From NCBI GenBank assembly GCA_028279805.1, contig JANQMZ010000007.1:390001-422000 (forward strand): 32,000 nt of DNA, given 5' to 3'. The notes under the pieces are model-generated. The model did not search any database. It saw nothing but the letters and a program-made list of their open reading frames with translations, and was not told the DNA's origin. Positions 16,109-25,789 of this stretch are shown here, piece after piece. The position numbers and the translations under genes are program-made. This stretch comes from an archaeon. GTDB lineage: Archaea > Iainarchaeota > Iainarchaeia > Iainarchaeales > JANQMZ01. The stretch's first letter is position 1. Every line of letters begins with the position of its first letter.

Positions 16109-17323
16109 ATGCAATTATTTAAAAACACTTTTCGCGAATGGTGGCAAGTTCCAAGAAGAGCCGGTGAGAGGATTGAGCACAGGCAAGTCACATTTTTGGA
16201 GCTATTTTATGATTTAGTTTATGTTGTTTTAATTGCACAATTAGCCCATTCACTTTCACACCATTTAAATGTTACAGGAATTATTAATTTTGTTTTTCTA
16301 TTTGTAATTGTTTGGTGGGCTTGGTTTAATGGAACAAGTTATCATGATACTCACGGAAATAATGACATTAGAACAAGGTTCTATACTTTTCTCCAAATGC
16401 TTTTTGTAGTAGGAATGGCCTTATTTGCACAAAATGCTATTGGAGAAGGTTCAGTAGGTTTTGCTATTTCATATGCATTATTTCAACTGACTTTGACAAT
16501 ACTTTGGTGGAGAACAGGAATACATGATTTAGATCATAAACCTTTATCTCAACCATATTCAATCGTGTTTTTATTCAACACAATATTGTTTGCTGCATCC
16601 ATTTTCTTTGCAGAGCCGTTAAGGTATTACATATGGGGATTTGCAGTATTACTTTCATTACTTCTCCCATTTGTTTTACTAAAACAGGCAAGAGTCAATC
16701 CAAAAGCGAAAGCCCAATGGGATATTGTAAGGAATATTTCACCTTCAATGGTTGAAAGATTTGGATTGTTCACAATCATTGTTCTTGGAGAAGTTGTTTT
16801 AGGAGTTGTTTCTGGAGTTTCTGTAGATCATGGCCTATCCTTAACAGTCGTTGGCACTGCACTACTGGGAACACTTATTGCGATTGGAATTTGGTGGTCT
16901 TATTTTGATTCAGTTTCACACAAGATTCCAAAAAAAGAAGAAATTCATTTTGCAAGCTGGTTTTATTTACATTTACCAATGACAATGGGAATTGCTGCAG
17001 CTGGAGCAGCAATTTTAAATGCTTTAGAGCATCCAGGAGAAATAATGCAAATTGAAGCTCATTTACTTCTTTTAATTTCACTTGCAATTGTTCTTGTCTG
17101 CATTGCCCTATTAACAAGAACAGTAAACCATCCAAAAGAACAAATGGCTTATATTTCAAAGGGAAGGCAAAAATTAATTTTTTCATCAGCCTTAATTATC
17201 CTATTAGGATTTGTTAGCTTGAACTCAATTTATATCCTGACAATTCTTGTATTTTTATTGTTTTTGCCAATTGTCTTTAGCATATTAGAATGGATGAAAT
17301 TGGTTGATAAGAAAAAAGAGTGA
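16109..17323 (+). CDS. LtrA-like (low temperature requirement A family) membrane protein
   Basis: VTFLELFYDLVYVVLIAQLAH is the signature N-terminal segment of the family. The protein has about 10 TM helices. Start moved to ATG 16109, after the TetR stop at 16095. Confidence 0.72.
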   Translation: MQLFKNTFREWWQVPRRAGERIEHRQVTFLELFYDLVYVVLIAQLAHSLSHHLNVTGIINFVFLFVIVWWAWFNGTSYHDTHGNNDIRTRFYTFLQMLFVVGMALFAQNAIGEGSVGFAISYALFQLTLTILWWRTGIHDLDHKPLSQPYSIVFLFNTILFAASIFFAEPLRYYIWGFAVLLSLLLPFVLLKQARVNPKAKAQWDIVRNISPSMVERFGLFTIIVLGEVVLGVVSGVSVDHGLSLTVVGTALLGTLIAIGIWWSYFDSVSHKIPKKEEIHFASWFYLHLPMTMGIAAAGAAILNALEHPGEIMQIEAHLLLLISLAIVLVCIALLTRTVNHPKEQMAYISKGRQKLIFSSALIILLGFVSLNSIYILTILVFLLFLPIVFSILEWMKLVDKKKE

Positions 17324-17444
17324 TTTGATGAAAAGACTACTATCAAAAAACCGCTCACTTCGCCCTAATTCTGGCAAGTCTGGGAGCTGGGATTACTGAT
17401 TATTTTATGCAAAACAATAAATTTACAGGAAGAATAGGTTTTAT

Positions 17445-18236
17445 ATGAGTGCAAGTTTTTCCGGAAATCGTAGTATTTTTCCTGCTCAGGAATATCTTAA
17501 AAGAGAAGCTAATCATTTACAACGTTTAAAAGATGCTGTTGAAAAACGCGATGTTGAAAAAATTAGAAGTGTTTTGGAAGAGTATCCTCTTTTTGGAACA
17601 TTATATTACGGCAAAACTTTTGAAGAAAAAAAAGAATTGGTTGATTTGCTTTTAACTGCTTCACGAATGATTGAACAAAAATATCCCCAGTACCATGAGG
17701 GATTAAAAGAATTAAAACCGGGAGATGTTATTCTAACAAGAGATAATACCAGAATAAGCAAATGGTTAAGGTTTTGGCAATCTGCTTTTCCGGGAAGAAA
17801 GGCAAGTACAAGCCACATTGCAATTTATTTGGAAAACGGTTGGATGATAAGCGCATATGGTTGGCCGTATGACAGAATTGTTTTAGAGCATGTGAAAAAA
17901 TTAGCTGACAAAGGTAAATTTACTGTTAAAGTGCTTAGATTAAAAGGAGAACATGGAGAAATTAACAGAGAAACATTAAGAAATTTTTTAACGGAAGCCG
18001 TTGGAAAAAGATATGCATCTTTTTTATTTACATTCGGACAAGTGCTTGGAAGAAGAACAAGAAAACATTTATCACATGCAGAAAAACACACTTGCGGGAC
18101 GCTTGCAGCAGAAGCATTACAGGAAAGCACCGGAAAAAGGTTTGATATTGGAGCGCACTGGCCGAGAGATTTTGAACATAGTTCTTTATTTAATCCAGTA
18201 ACACAATTTAGTGGGAGAAACCATAAAAGAAGGTGA
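17445..18236 (+). CDS. Hypothetical protein, possibly a permuted papain-fold (NlpC/P60-superfamily, YiiX/C92-like) hydrolase
   Basis: GDVILTRD...TSHIAIYLENGWMISA comes before a later HTCGTLAAEAL. The His-before-Cys order resembles permuted papain-like enzymes. This is a weak, motif-level call. Confidence 0.4.
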   Translation: MSASFSGNRSIFPAQEYLKREANHLQRLKDAVEKRDVEKIRSVLEEYPLFGTLYYGKTFEEKKELVDLLLTASRMIEQKYPQYHEGLKELKPGDVILTRDNTRISKWLRFWQSAFPGRKASTSHIAIYLENGWMISAYGWPYDRIVLEHVKKLADKGKFTVKVLRLKGEHGEINRETLRNFLTEAVGKRYASFLFTFGQVLGRRTRKHLSHAEKHTCGTLAAEALQESTGKRFDIGAHWPRDFEHSSLFNPVTQFSGRNHKRR

Positions 18237-18242
18237 ATAAAA

Positions 18243-18692
18243 TTGCAGAGTAAAGCTAAAACGGTTAAAGAGTATTTGAATGAATTGCCTGAGGAAAGAA
18301 AAAAATCAATTTCTCTTGTCAGAAAAATTATTTTGAAAAATTTGCCAAAAGGGTATAAGGAAACAATGCAGTATGGAATGATTGGATATGTTGTTCCGTT
18401 AAAACATTATCCAAAAGGTTATTTGAATGATGAAAAAACGCCATTGCCTTATGTAAGCCTTGCTTCTCAAAAAAATCATATGGCTGTTTATTTAAGCAAT
18501 ATTTATGCTGATAAAAAATTAAGTAAATGGTTTACAACTGAATATAAAAAAAGTGGAAAAAAAATGGATGTGGGAAAATCCTGTGTTCGTTTTAGAAAAT
18601 TAGAAAATTTGCCTGTTGAATTAATTGGAAAAGCTGTTAAAAAAACTTCAATGAAAAAGTTTATTGAAATGTATGAAAAAAGAAAAAAATGA
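18243..18692 (+). CDS. DUF1801 (YdhG-like) domain protein
   Basis: TVKEYLNELPEERKKSISLVRKIILKNLP...YVSLASQKNHMAVYL is the pattern of the DUF1801 family. TTG start in the track. Confidence 0.6.
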   Translation: MQSKAKTVKEYLNELPEERKKSISLVRKIILKNLPKGYKETMQYGMIGYVVPLKHYPKGYLNDEKTPLPYVSLASQKNHMAVYLSNIYADKKLSKWFTTEYKKSGKKMDVGKSCVRFRKLENLPVELIGKAVKKTSMKKFIEMYEKRKK

Positions 18693-18786
18693 AAAGCCTT
18701 TATTGGTCTTTGATAAGGCGGTCCATTAATTCATCCATTTTTGCTGATTCTTCTTCGGTCATTGAAATCTGATATTTAAATGTTGA

Positions 18787-18993
18787 TTATCTGATTTCGA
18801 TTCCTCTTCCCTGTAATTGTTTGGCTACTTCAGACTGGCTGACATTAAATTTTCTGGAAGAATTTATAACCATTTGAGTAGTTACCACTGTCAAACCGGC
18901 AGCCTGAGCGCCTCTTATAACATCCTGAGCTGCTCTTTTTATGTTAACTTTAATTTGTTTTCTTGAAACACCTCTCCTACGCCCTTGAGTCAT
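18787..18993 (-). CDS. Small basic protein (68 aa), possible nucleic-acid binder
   Basis: Arg/Lys-rich N-terminus (MTQGRRRGVSRKQIK). By eye it is GC-richer than its neighbours. No family recognised. Confidence 0.4.
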   Translation of the reverse strand: MTQGRRRGVSRKQIKVNIKRAAQDVIRGAQAAGLTVVTTQMVINSSRKFNVSQSEVAKQLQGRGIEIR

Positions 18994-19030
18994 AAAAGAA
19001 TATTAAAATTCTCTTATTTAAATTTTTAGT

Positions 19031-20482
19031 ATGGACTTACAAAAAAGAACACTTTTAATTTTACTAATTTTACTGATTTTCGGAGCTTTTTTAAGATTTT
19101 ATGGTTTGGGAGAACAAAGTTTTTGGTTGGATGAGGCAATAACCACAAATGCAGCAAAAGCATTAATTGAAACTGGAACTCCGACATTTGATTCAGGGCA
19201 TGTTTATAATCAAAGAATTCTGAATACTTTTTTAATCGGATTATCAATGCAATTTTTTGGTTTTAATGAAATGGCTGCAAGAATTCCCGCAGTTTTGTTT
19301 GGCTTATTGACAATATTAATTGTTTATTTTTTTGTTAAAAGCATTTCAAATGAAAAACTGGCTTTAATGTCAGGCTTTTTTGTAACATTTGTAACATTGT
19401 TTATTGGCTGGTCAAGGCAGGCCAGAATGTATCAGCAATTGCAGTTTTTTTATCTGGCTTCACTTTTTCTGTTTTACAAGTATACTGAAACAAAAAAACC
19501 GGAATATTTGATTTTAACAATTTTAAGTACAATAGCAGCAATTTTTTCGCATGAATTTGCTTATTTGCTTTTGATAATTTATGCTTTTTATTTTGTCATA
19601 ATAAAAGGAATTGAATGGCATAAAAAGAGGAGATTAAAATTAGAATTAAAACCGGTTTTGATTGCCGGAATTCTTTTGGCTGGATTGTTTTTTCTTGGTT
19701 TGAATCAGGCAATTGAATATGTTTTACAGAACAGGGTTAACTATTTCTGGATTTATTTAAATTATTTGCATAATGAATTTTTTGTATTTTTTTACTTAAG
19801 TCTGACCGGAATGGTTATTGCTTTAAGGGAAAAAATTAAAACAAGTTTAATGGTTTTGGCATTTATTATTCCTTTTGTTGTTTTATCAAGCTCTGTGTTG
19901 TTGTTACATTTTCGTTACCTGTTTTTTATTTTGCCTTTAATGTTTGTTTTTTCAGCTTATTCAATTTTTTATTTTTATGAATTGTTAAAAAACAAGTTTG
20001 ATTTAAAAATTGCAAAAATTTTTGGAATAATTGTTTTTGTTTTAATTGTTTTTGCTTCAAATGCTTTTACTTTTGTTCCTCAAAATGAATATTATTTGGA
20101 CAGATTTTCTCCCCAGCCGGATTTTAAAAAAGCTTATTCTTTTCTGGAAGAAAACAATGCTCAAATTGTGATTGATTCGTGGCCTGCTGTTGGAAAGCAT
20201 TTCAGGGGAAAATCAGATTACTGGATTTATTTTAACATTACCGGCGTAAAAAAAGACCTTTTAATTGATGATTCTCATGAAATTTATGCAAATGCTGTTG
20301 CTTTGAGAGATAAAAAAGAATTAGAAGAATTTTTGGAACAGGATGAAAAAGTGTGGCTTTTGATGGATAATACTGCATGGATTAAGTTGTCGCCGGAGCA
20401 AAAAAATGTTATTCAGAATCAAATGGTGGAAATTAAAGAATTTGTTAATGACAAGTTCTGGATTAAAATTTATTCAACGTGA
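19031..20482 (+). CDS. GT-C fold glycosyltransferase (ArnT/PMT_2-like, polyprenyl-phosphate-sugar dependent)
   Basis: The N-terminus LRFYGLGEQSFWLDEAITTNAAKAL is typical of family 39/83 enzymes. About 11 TM helices plus a C-terminal soluble domain. TATTTAAAT at about 19014-19022 suggests a leaderless mRNA. Confidence 0.75.
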   Translation: MDLQKRTLLILLILLIFGAFLRFYGLGEQSFWLDEAITTNAAKALIETGTPTFDSGHVYNQRILNTFLIGLSMQFFGFNEMAARIPAVLFGLLTILIVYFFVKSISNEKLALMSGFFVTFVTLFIGWSRQARMYQQLQFFYLASLFLFYKYTETKKPEYLILTILSTIAAIFSHEFAYLLLIIYAFYFVIIKGIEWHKKRRLKLELKPVLIAGILLAGLFFLGLNQAIEYVLQNRVNYFWIYLNYLHNEFFVFFYLSLTGMVIALREKIKTSLMVLAFIIPFVVLSSSVLLLHFRYLFFILPLMFVFSAYSIFYFYELLKNKFDLKIAKIFGIIVFVLIVFASNAFTFVPQNEYYLDRFSPQPDFKKAYSFLEENNAQIVIDSWPAVGKHFRGKSDYWIYFNITGVKKDLLIDDSHEIYANAVALRDKKELEEFLEQDEKVWLLMDNTAWIKLSPEQKNVIQNQMVEIKEFVNDKFWIKIYST

Positions 20483-20487
20483 TTAAA

Positions 20488-22416
20488 ATGAAACAAACAA
20501 TGAAAGAAACAATAAAACTGTTATTGCCGGCTTTAATTATTTTTTATTTTTTTGTTTTAATTGCAAGAAATTTTAACCCTTTTTTATTGCCAAACATTGA
20601 GGACAGAATTTTTTTAGCTTTAATTCCGACACTTTTTTTGTTTGTAATAATTTATTTGCCTGAATATATTGCAAAAAGCCGGAGTAAAATTGTTAACAAT
20701 GTTTTAAATTTTCTGAAAAAAGTTCAGCAAAATAAACAATTAAAAACAGTTGTTACAAATTTTTTCTTTTTTCTTTTGCTGGTGCTTTTAGTTGATGCTT
20801 ATTTTTTGTTTTTGGAATCTTTTACAGTTATTCTGGCAATAATTACCGCTTTTTTAGGAATAATTACTTTCTGGTTAAACAAGCATTTGCTGGCTACAGA
20901 GCATGAATGGATTGTTGATGACAGGATTTATAAAATTGGCTTTATTGCAATTATTTTGCTGAATTTGTTTTTCACTTTTAACGGTTTTACTGATATCAGC
21001 ATTAATCCTGATGCACAGCAATGGTTAGGACGCGGAGTTAATTATTTTTCTTATTTTTTCGGAGAACAAATTCAACAGGAACTGATTTCCTTTTATGATT
21101 TGGATTTTTGGGAGCTAACCAATACTCCTGGTTTAACAAGTGCTTTTTTAGTTGGTTTGAGCTTGTATTTGTCTTATTTGTTTAATTTTTCAACTGACCC
21201 TGTTTTTGTTGCAAGATTGCCTTTTGCTTTATTGTCAATTGTTTTTATTATTGTGTTTTATTTTTTAAGCCAGAAATTTGTTGATAAAAAAACAAGTTTT
21301 TTTGCAACAGTTTTTTTGTCATTATCTCCTTTTTTTCAGTTTTTAAGCAGGGAAATTCATCTGGATTTTTTACTGGGTTTTTTTATTTTTTTAACAGTGT
21401 ACTTTTATTATGCTTACCAGGAAAAACATGACAACAAGAATTTGATTTTATTTTCATTATTTTTTGGACTGGCGATTTTAACAAAAGTTACCGCGTTATT
21501 TTTAGTGCCATTAATTGGTTTTATTGAAATTACAAAAATTTCAAAAACAAAAAAAATCAACCTAAAACACTATTTTATTGCAGCTTTTGTGGTTTTGGGC
21601 CTGATTGTTGCCGCCTGGCCGGGTTTAATTCAGAATCCTGTTGAAAAAAGCCTTGATTTGGTTGGTTACACCGGGGACATTTCCACCTCCCAAACTCACA
21701 GAGGTTTTTGGTTCGGAACACTTGGCTCTTTGCCGTTTTATTATTATGCTTTTATTTTGCTGATAAAACTGCCTTTGATTTTTTTAGCGTTTTTGTTACT
21801 GGGTTCTTTGCGTTCTTTGAAAAAAAATTATTTTTTAATTCCGGCATTGTTTATGATTTTAACTTCAATCAGCACCAAAATGGCTGACCGTTATCTGATA
21901 ACCGTGTGGCCTTTTTTGCTTTTAATAATAGGAACAGGGTTTGTGACATTAACAGAATTTATTCGTGCAAGATTTAATTTAAAAATGGCAAAAATGTTAA
22001 TGGCTTTAACACTTGTTTTTGTTTTGTTAAATATTTTAATTGTTGTGCCAAATTACGGATTGTATTATAATTCTTTAATCGGCAAAACGGAAAATGCTCA
22101 GAATTATATCAGGTTCGGCTGGGGAGAAGATTCAAAAAAAGCTGCAGAATTTGTAAATGAAAAATATGGCAATGCAAGCATTGCGGCTTTTACTTATTCT
22201 TATGATACAGGTTATTATTCTCATGGAAATACAATAGCTGCGCTGCATCCTGGCTGGGAAGACCAGGATTTATTGCTGGTTTCAGTTTCCAAAAGGGTTT
22301 TATTGCATGAAAATCATCCTGTGCAGAAAATAATAAATGAAAATGAGCCGATTGATGTTATTTTTGTTCAGGGAATTCCTATGACAGAAGTTTATGATTT
22401 AAAAAATATTAATTAG
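20488..22416 (+). CDS. Second GT-C fold glycosyltransferase (PMT_2-like), 640+ aa
   Basis: Polytopic protein. The segment ARLPFALLSIVFIIVFYFLSQKF...LSPFFQFLSREIHLD resembles ArnT/PMT_2 core helices. I prefer ATG 20488 to the track's GTG 20479, which overlaps the upstream stop. Confidence 0.62.
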   Translation: MKQTMKETIKLLLPALIIFYFFVLIARNFNPFLLPNIEDRIFLALIPTLFLFVIIYLPEYIAKSRSKIVNNVLNFLKKVQQNKQLKTVVTNFFFFLLLVLLVDAYFLFLESFTVILAIITAFLGIITFWLNKHLLATEHEWIVDDRIYKIGFIAIILLNLFFTFNGFTDISINPDAQQWLGRGVNYFSYFFGEQIQQELISFYDLDFWELTNTPGLTSAFLVGLSLYLSYLFNFSTDPVFVARLPFALLSIVFIIVFYFLSQKFVDKKTSFFATVFLSLSPFFQFLSREIHLDFLLGFFIFLTVYFYYAYQEKHDNKNLILFSLFFGLAILTKVTALFLVPLIGFIEITKISKTKKINLKHYFIAAFVVLGLIVAAWPGLIQNPVEKSLDLVGYTGDISTSQTHRGFWFGTLGSLPFYYYAFILLIKLPLIFLAFLLLGSLRSLKKNYFLIPALFMILTSISTKMADRYLITVWPFLLLIIGTGFVTLTEFIRARFNLKMAKMLMALTLVFVLLNILIVVPNYGLYYNSLIGKTENAQNYIRFGWGEDSKKAAEFVNEKYGNASIAAFTYSYDTGYYSHGNTIAALHPGWEDQDLLLVSVSKRVLLHENHPVQKIINENEPIDVIFVQGIPMTEVYDLKNIN

Positions 22417-23176
22417 ATTTGATTTGCATAAAAGGAATTGTTCCCAATGCTCTGTAAATCAGTCCAACAAAATGTAAAATAAATGAAGCTAAAACAGCCT
22501 GCTCAATACTAATTGCAAAAAGCATTCCGAACTGAATAAATAAAAATTCCCTTATTCCCAGACCACTGAATGATATTGGCAAAACTGTTAAAATTATTAC
22601 AACAGGAACCAGTAAGAGCAGAAAAAAATAATTAATTTCTATTCCGACTGCCAAAAAAGAAATCTGGTAAGTGAATGCAACCAAAAACAAATACAATAAA
22701 GCAAAAATTGAATGTTTAAATAATTCTTTTTTTGAAACAAATGCCTGTTTTAAAAAAGAAAATTTTCCGAAAAAATTTTCAAACAAATAAAACAATTGAA
22801 TGGATATAAATACAAATATTAAAATTAAAGGAATTAAAAACAAAAAATCAAAATCAAAATAATACAATAAAAAGGCGATAAAACCGGCTTCTAAATACCA
22901 TAAAAAGGAAAAAACCCTGTCAATCATTGAGGACAAAAAAGCGTCTTTTTTGTTTTTATGGGAAACAGCCTTATAACTTTCACTTCCCAATGCTCCTAAA
23001 AAAAACAAATTAACAAAATCAGCTGCCCAGTAAAGTTTTAATAATTTCTTGAATTCAATCGGGTTTGATTTGTTTAAAAAAATATGCCATTTTTTTGACA
23101 TTAAAAAAAGTTTTGGAAAAATAAGAACAAACAAAAAAACCAAAAATAAAGGGTTAACATTTTGAATGTTTGCCAA
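22409..23176 (-). CDS. UPF0104 / LPG-synthase-TM (flippase-like) membrane protein, start uncertain
   Basis: LPISFSGLGIREF signature and multiple TM helices. The frame stays open upstream of the TTG at 23176. Confidence 0.62.
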   Translation of the reverse strand: MANIQNVNPLFLVFLFVLIFPKLFLMSKKWHIFLNKSNPIEFKKLLKLYWAADFVNLFFLGALGSESYKAVSHKNKKDAFLSSMIDRVFSFLWYLEAGFIAFLLYYFDFDFLFLIPLILIFVFISIQLFYLFENFFGKFSFLKQAFVSKKELFKHSIFALLYLFLVAFTYQISFLAVGIEINYFFLLLLVPVVIILTVLPISFSGLGIREFLFIQFGMLFAISIEQAVLASFILHFVGLIYRALGTIPFMQIKSN

Positions 23177-23285
23177 AAATTCGTCTAAATTAATCTGGTT
23201 AAAAACCAGCCATAAAATTGAAAAACTGAAAATTATTTTAATCCAGAAAGAATTTTTTTTAAAAAAATCAATAAATTTTTGAATG

Positions 23286-24509
23286 CTACCACCTTTGAAT
23301 CAGTTTTTTAAAATATTTTTCAGCATACCATGCAACAATAAACTGCGGAATTAATCTTGATTTTTTAAAAAACTGCAACAAGTTCCAGAAAATTTTATTA
23401 AACAATGTTTTTGTTTCAGTTTTTTTCTTAACTTTTTCAAAATTTTTCAAAGCAAAATTTTCAGCAAACTTTCTCGGAAAATCTTTTGAGTTTTCACATA
23501 ATTTTAACATTTTTTGAATTCTTTTGCTTAAATAAGCAAAATACATGCTTTCTATTTTATGTTTTGATACTCCGGTAAAATCTATTGCATTTCCCAGCCT
23601 TCCGCCACAATTTGAAACAAAAAATGGCACACTTAAAATTTTTCTTTTATGTAAAATTTTTTCAGCTTTCCAGGTAACAGGACTGTTGGAACCGGGGCAA
23701 ACAATTTTTGCTTTTATTTTTGAAGCATTTTTTTCATTAATTGAATAACCTCGGCCGCACGGAACAACCATGTCGCATTTTAATTCTAATAATTTCAATA
23801 ACGGAATTTTTTTCCAGTTTCCTTTTTGCAAAACAAATTTGTTTCCGTGTTTTTTTTGAAGTTGTAAAATTTTTTCAATATCTAAACCGTTTTCATTGTA
23901 AATGGCTCCATGATGAGTTGATAAGGCAATTATTTTTGAACCTTTTTTGTGAAAAAGTTTTGCTGCATTTAATCCAACACTTCCAAATCCTTCAATTGCA
24001 ACTGAAGCATTTTCCAGTTCAATATTTTTCAGTTTGGCTGATTCAATTGCTGCAATAAAAACAGATAAAGCGGTAAAATAACCAGAAATTCCTTTTGTTC
24101 TTTTAACGCTTTTTTCTCCAATTGCGTGCATTGTTGAGTCTACTTCCTTTTGGCTTGTGTTCATATCTGCGCCAATGCCGTAAACACGCTTTTTAACAAG
24201 AGGTTTTGCTATTTCCGCAAAACGTTTTAACAAAAACATTTTTTTTTCTTTTGAAATTTTTTCAATGTCTGCAACAATTGCAGATTTTGCTCCACCTTTG
24301 GGCAAACCCAAAAATCCGCTTTTTAAAGTCATTCCTCTGGCCAAATCCTTAACTTCATCAAGGTTGGCATCTTTTATCATTCTCAAGCCGCCGGCACTTT
24401 GGCTGTTAACAGATGAATCAATTACAATGAATCCTTTTAATCCTGCAGAAGAGTCCTGAATTAAACAATACAATTGTCCGTCTAATGATTTAAATACCGG
24501 GTCAGTCAT
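23286..24509 (-). CDS. Glu/Leu/Phe/Val (ELFV) family amino-acid dehydrogenase homolog
   Basis: SAGGLRM, MTLKSGFLGLPKGGAKSAI (catalytic Lys region), Rossmann IEGFGSVG, VVPCGRG, PGSNSP. Confidence 0.8.
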   Translation of the reverse strand: MTDPVFKSLDGQLYCLIQDSSAGLKGFIVIDSSVNSQSAGGLRMIKDANLDEVKDLARGMTLKSGFLGLPKGGAKSAIVADIEKISKEKKMFLLKRFAEIAKPLVKKRVYGIGADMNTSQKEVDSTMHAIGEKSVKRTKGISGYFTALSVFIAAIESAKLKNIELENASVAIEGFGSVGLNAAKLFHKKGSKIIALSTHHGAIYNENGLDIEKILQLQKKHGNKFVLQKGNWKKIPLLKLLELKCDMVVPCGRGYSINEKNASKIKAKIVCPGSNSPVTWKAEKILHKRKILSVPFFVSNCGGRLGNAIDFTGVSKHKIESMYFAYLSKRIQKMLKLCENSKDFPRKFAENFALKNFEKVKKKTETKTLFNKIFWNLLQFFKKSRLIPQFIVAWYAEKYFKKLIQRW

Positions 24510-25789
24510 TTTTTCACCTTTGAACGCACAGTGCGATATTTTCCTGTTTTTTCTCTTGGAATTTTTTCAACAATATCAATAATTAAATCCGTTTCATTAT
24601 TAACCCTTTTTAAAATTTTTTTTCGGATGTCTTTTTCTGATTTTTTTGAGAATTCCTTGGTTGTTCTTATTTTTATTCTTATCAGGTTTTTTTTCTCCTG
24701 AATTATTTGATATTGTTTTACTCCTAAAGCATCTTCAAGAATAAAAGTTAAGGAATAAGGGGAAATAATTTTGCCTGAAGGGAGCAAAATAAAATCGGTG
24801 GATCTTCCGATTAAAACACCCATTAATGGGAAGGATCTGCCGCAAGAACATTTTTCGTCCAACGGTTTTCCTACATCGCCAACAGTATAACGGATTAAAG
24901 GCATTGCTTTATTGTAAAGTGTTGTGCAAACAATTTCCCCTTCCTGGTTTGCATTAACATGTTTGCTGTTTTTAACAAATTCAACAAAAAAAGAATCAGA
25001 ATTAATATGATAATGTTTTCTTTCTTTGCACTGCCAGCTGATTTCCTTTAATTCAACCAGACCATAAATATCATAAAGAGGTGCATTAAAAATCTTTTCA
25101 ATTAATTTTCTTTGTTTTAATGATAACATTTCAGCTGTTGAGAAAAGCATTTTTGGTTTAACATAATTAATATTGTTTTTTTCAAGAAACTCAGCTATTT
25201 TGAAAAGAAATGAAGGCATTGATTCAATTATGGTAGGCTTAAAATGTTTATAGAAAAAAACTGGCTCTTCCAAATTTTCAAAAATTGAAAAATGTTTAAG
25301 CCTCGAAAGCTTGTCCATTAATGAAAATTTTTGTTTTTCTCCTCTGCCCTTTTTTTTACCGGTAGCAGCACTAATTACCGCTATTTTATCAAAAACACTT
25401 AAACCGCACGCCCTCCTTGTTCTAAGCTTTAACAAATATTTTCCATAAATCCATGAATCTCTGTCAAAAAACGATTCAACCGGTTCACCTGTTGAGCCGG
25501 TGGTTTTTCCCTTATGCAATTCATTTAATGAATAATTTTGAGAAATAACTGGAAAATTTTTTCTCAATTCTTCTTTTGTTGTAACCGGAATTTTCAACAT
25601 GTCTTTTTTTGTTTTAATGTCATTCGGGGTTATGCCTGCTTTTTGAAATTTTTTTCTGTAAAAAGGAACGGTTTCATAAGCATGATTTAAAATTTGTTTT
25701 AATTTTTTCCACTGCAGTTCTTCCAGTTCTTCCGGTTTTAGCCACTGGTTTCTGCTTAACTTATAATATTGCCACAAATGCTTAATCAT
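24506..25789 (-). CDS. PaaK/CapK/F390-synthetase-like adenylate-forming ligase
   Basis: N-terminus ...ELQWKKLKQILNHAYETVPFYRKKFQKAGITPNDIKTKKDMLKIPVTTKEELR, and an AMP motif TTGSTGEPV. Confidence 0.8.
   Translation of the reverse strand: MIKHLWQYYKLSRNQWLKPEELEELQWKKLKQILNHAYETVPFYRKKFQKAGITPNDIKTKKDMLKIPVTTKEELRKNFPVISQNYSLNELHKGKTTGSTGEPVESFFDRDSWIYGKYLLKLRTRRACGLSVFDKIAVISAATGKKKGRGEKQKFSLMDKLSRLKHFSIFENLEEPVFFYKHFKPTIIESMPSFLFKIAEFLEKNNINYVKPKMLFSTAEMLSLKQRKLIEKIFNAPLYDIYGLVELKEISWQCKERKHYHINSDSFFVEFVKNSKHVNANQEGEIVCTTLYNKAMPLIRYTVGDVGKPLDEKCSCGRSFPLMGVLIGRSTDFILLPSGKIISPYSLTFILEDALGVKQYQIIQEKKNLIRIKIRTTKEFSKKSEKDIRKKILKRVNNETDLIIDIVEKIPREKTGKYRTVRSKVKK

Noticed and set aside
18716-18778. 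Possible 20-codon minus-strand ORF (MTEEESAKMDELMDRLIKDQ) just downstream of the 68-aa basic protein gene
   Set aside because: It is too short to support from sequence alone, and no SD or promoter is evident.
20480-20496. 17-nt exact repeat TGATTAAAATGAAACAA at 20480-20496 and 29224-29240 (both gene starts reading MIKMKQ)
   Set aside because: It is AT-rich. A rough expectation for a 17-mer coincidence at this composition in 32 kb, counting both strands, is near one. No flanking similarity is present.
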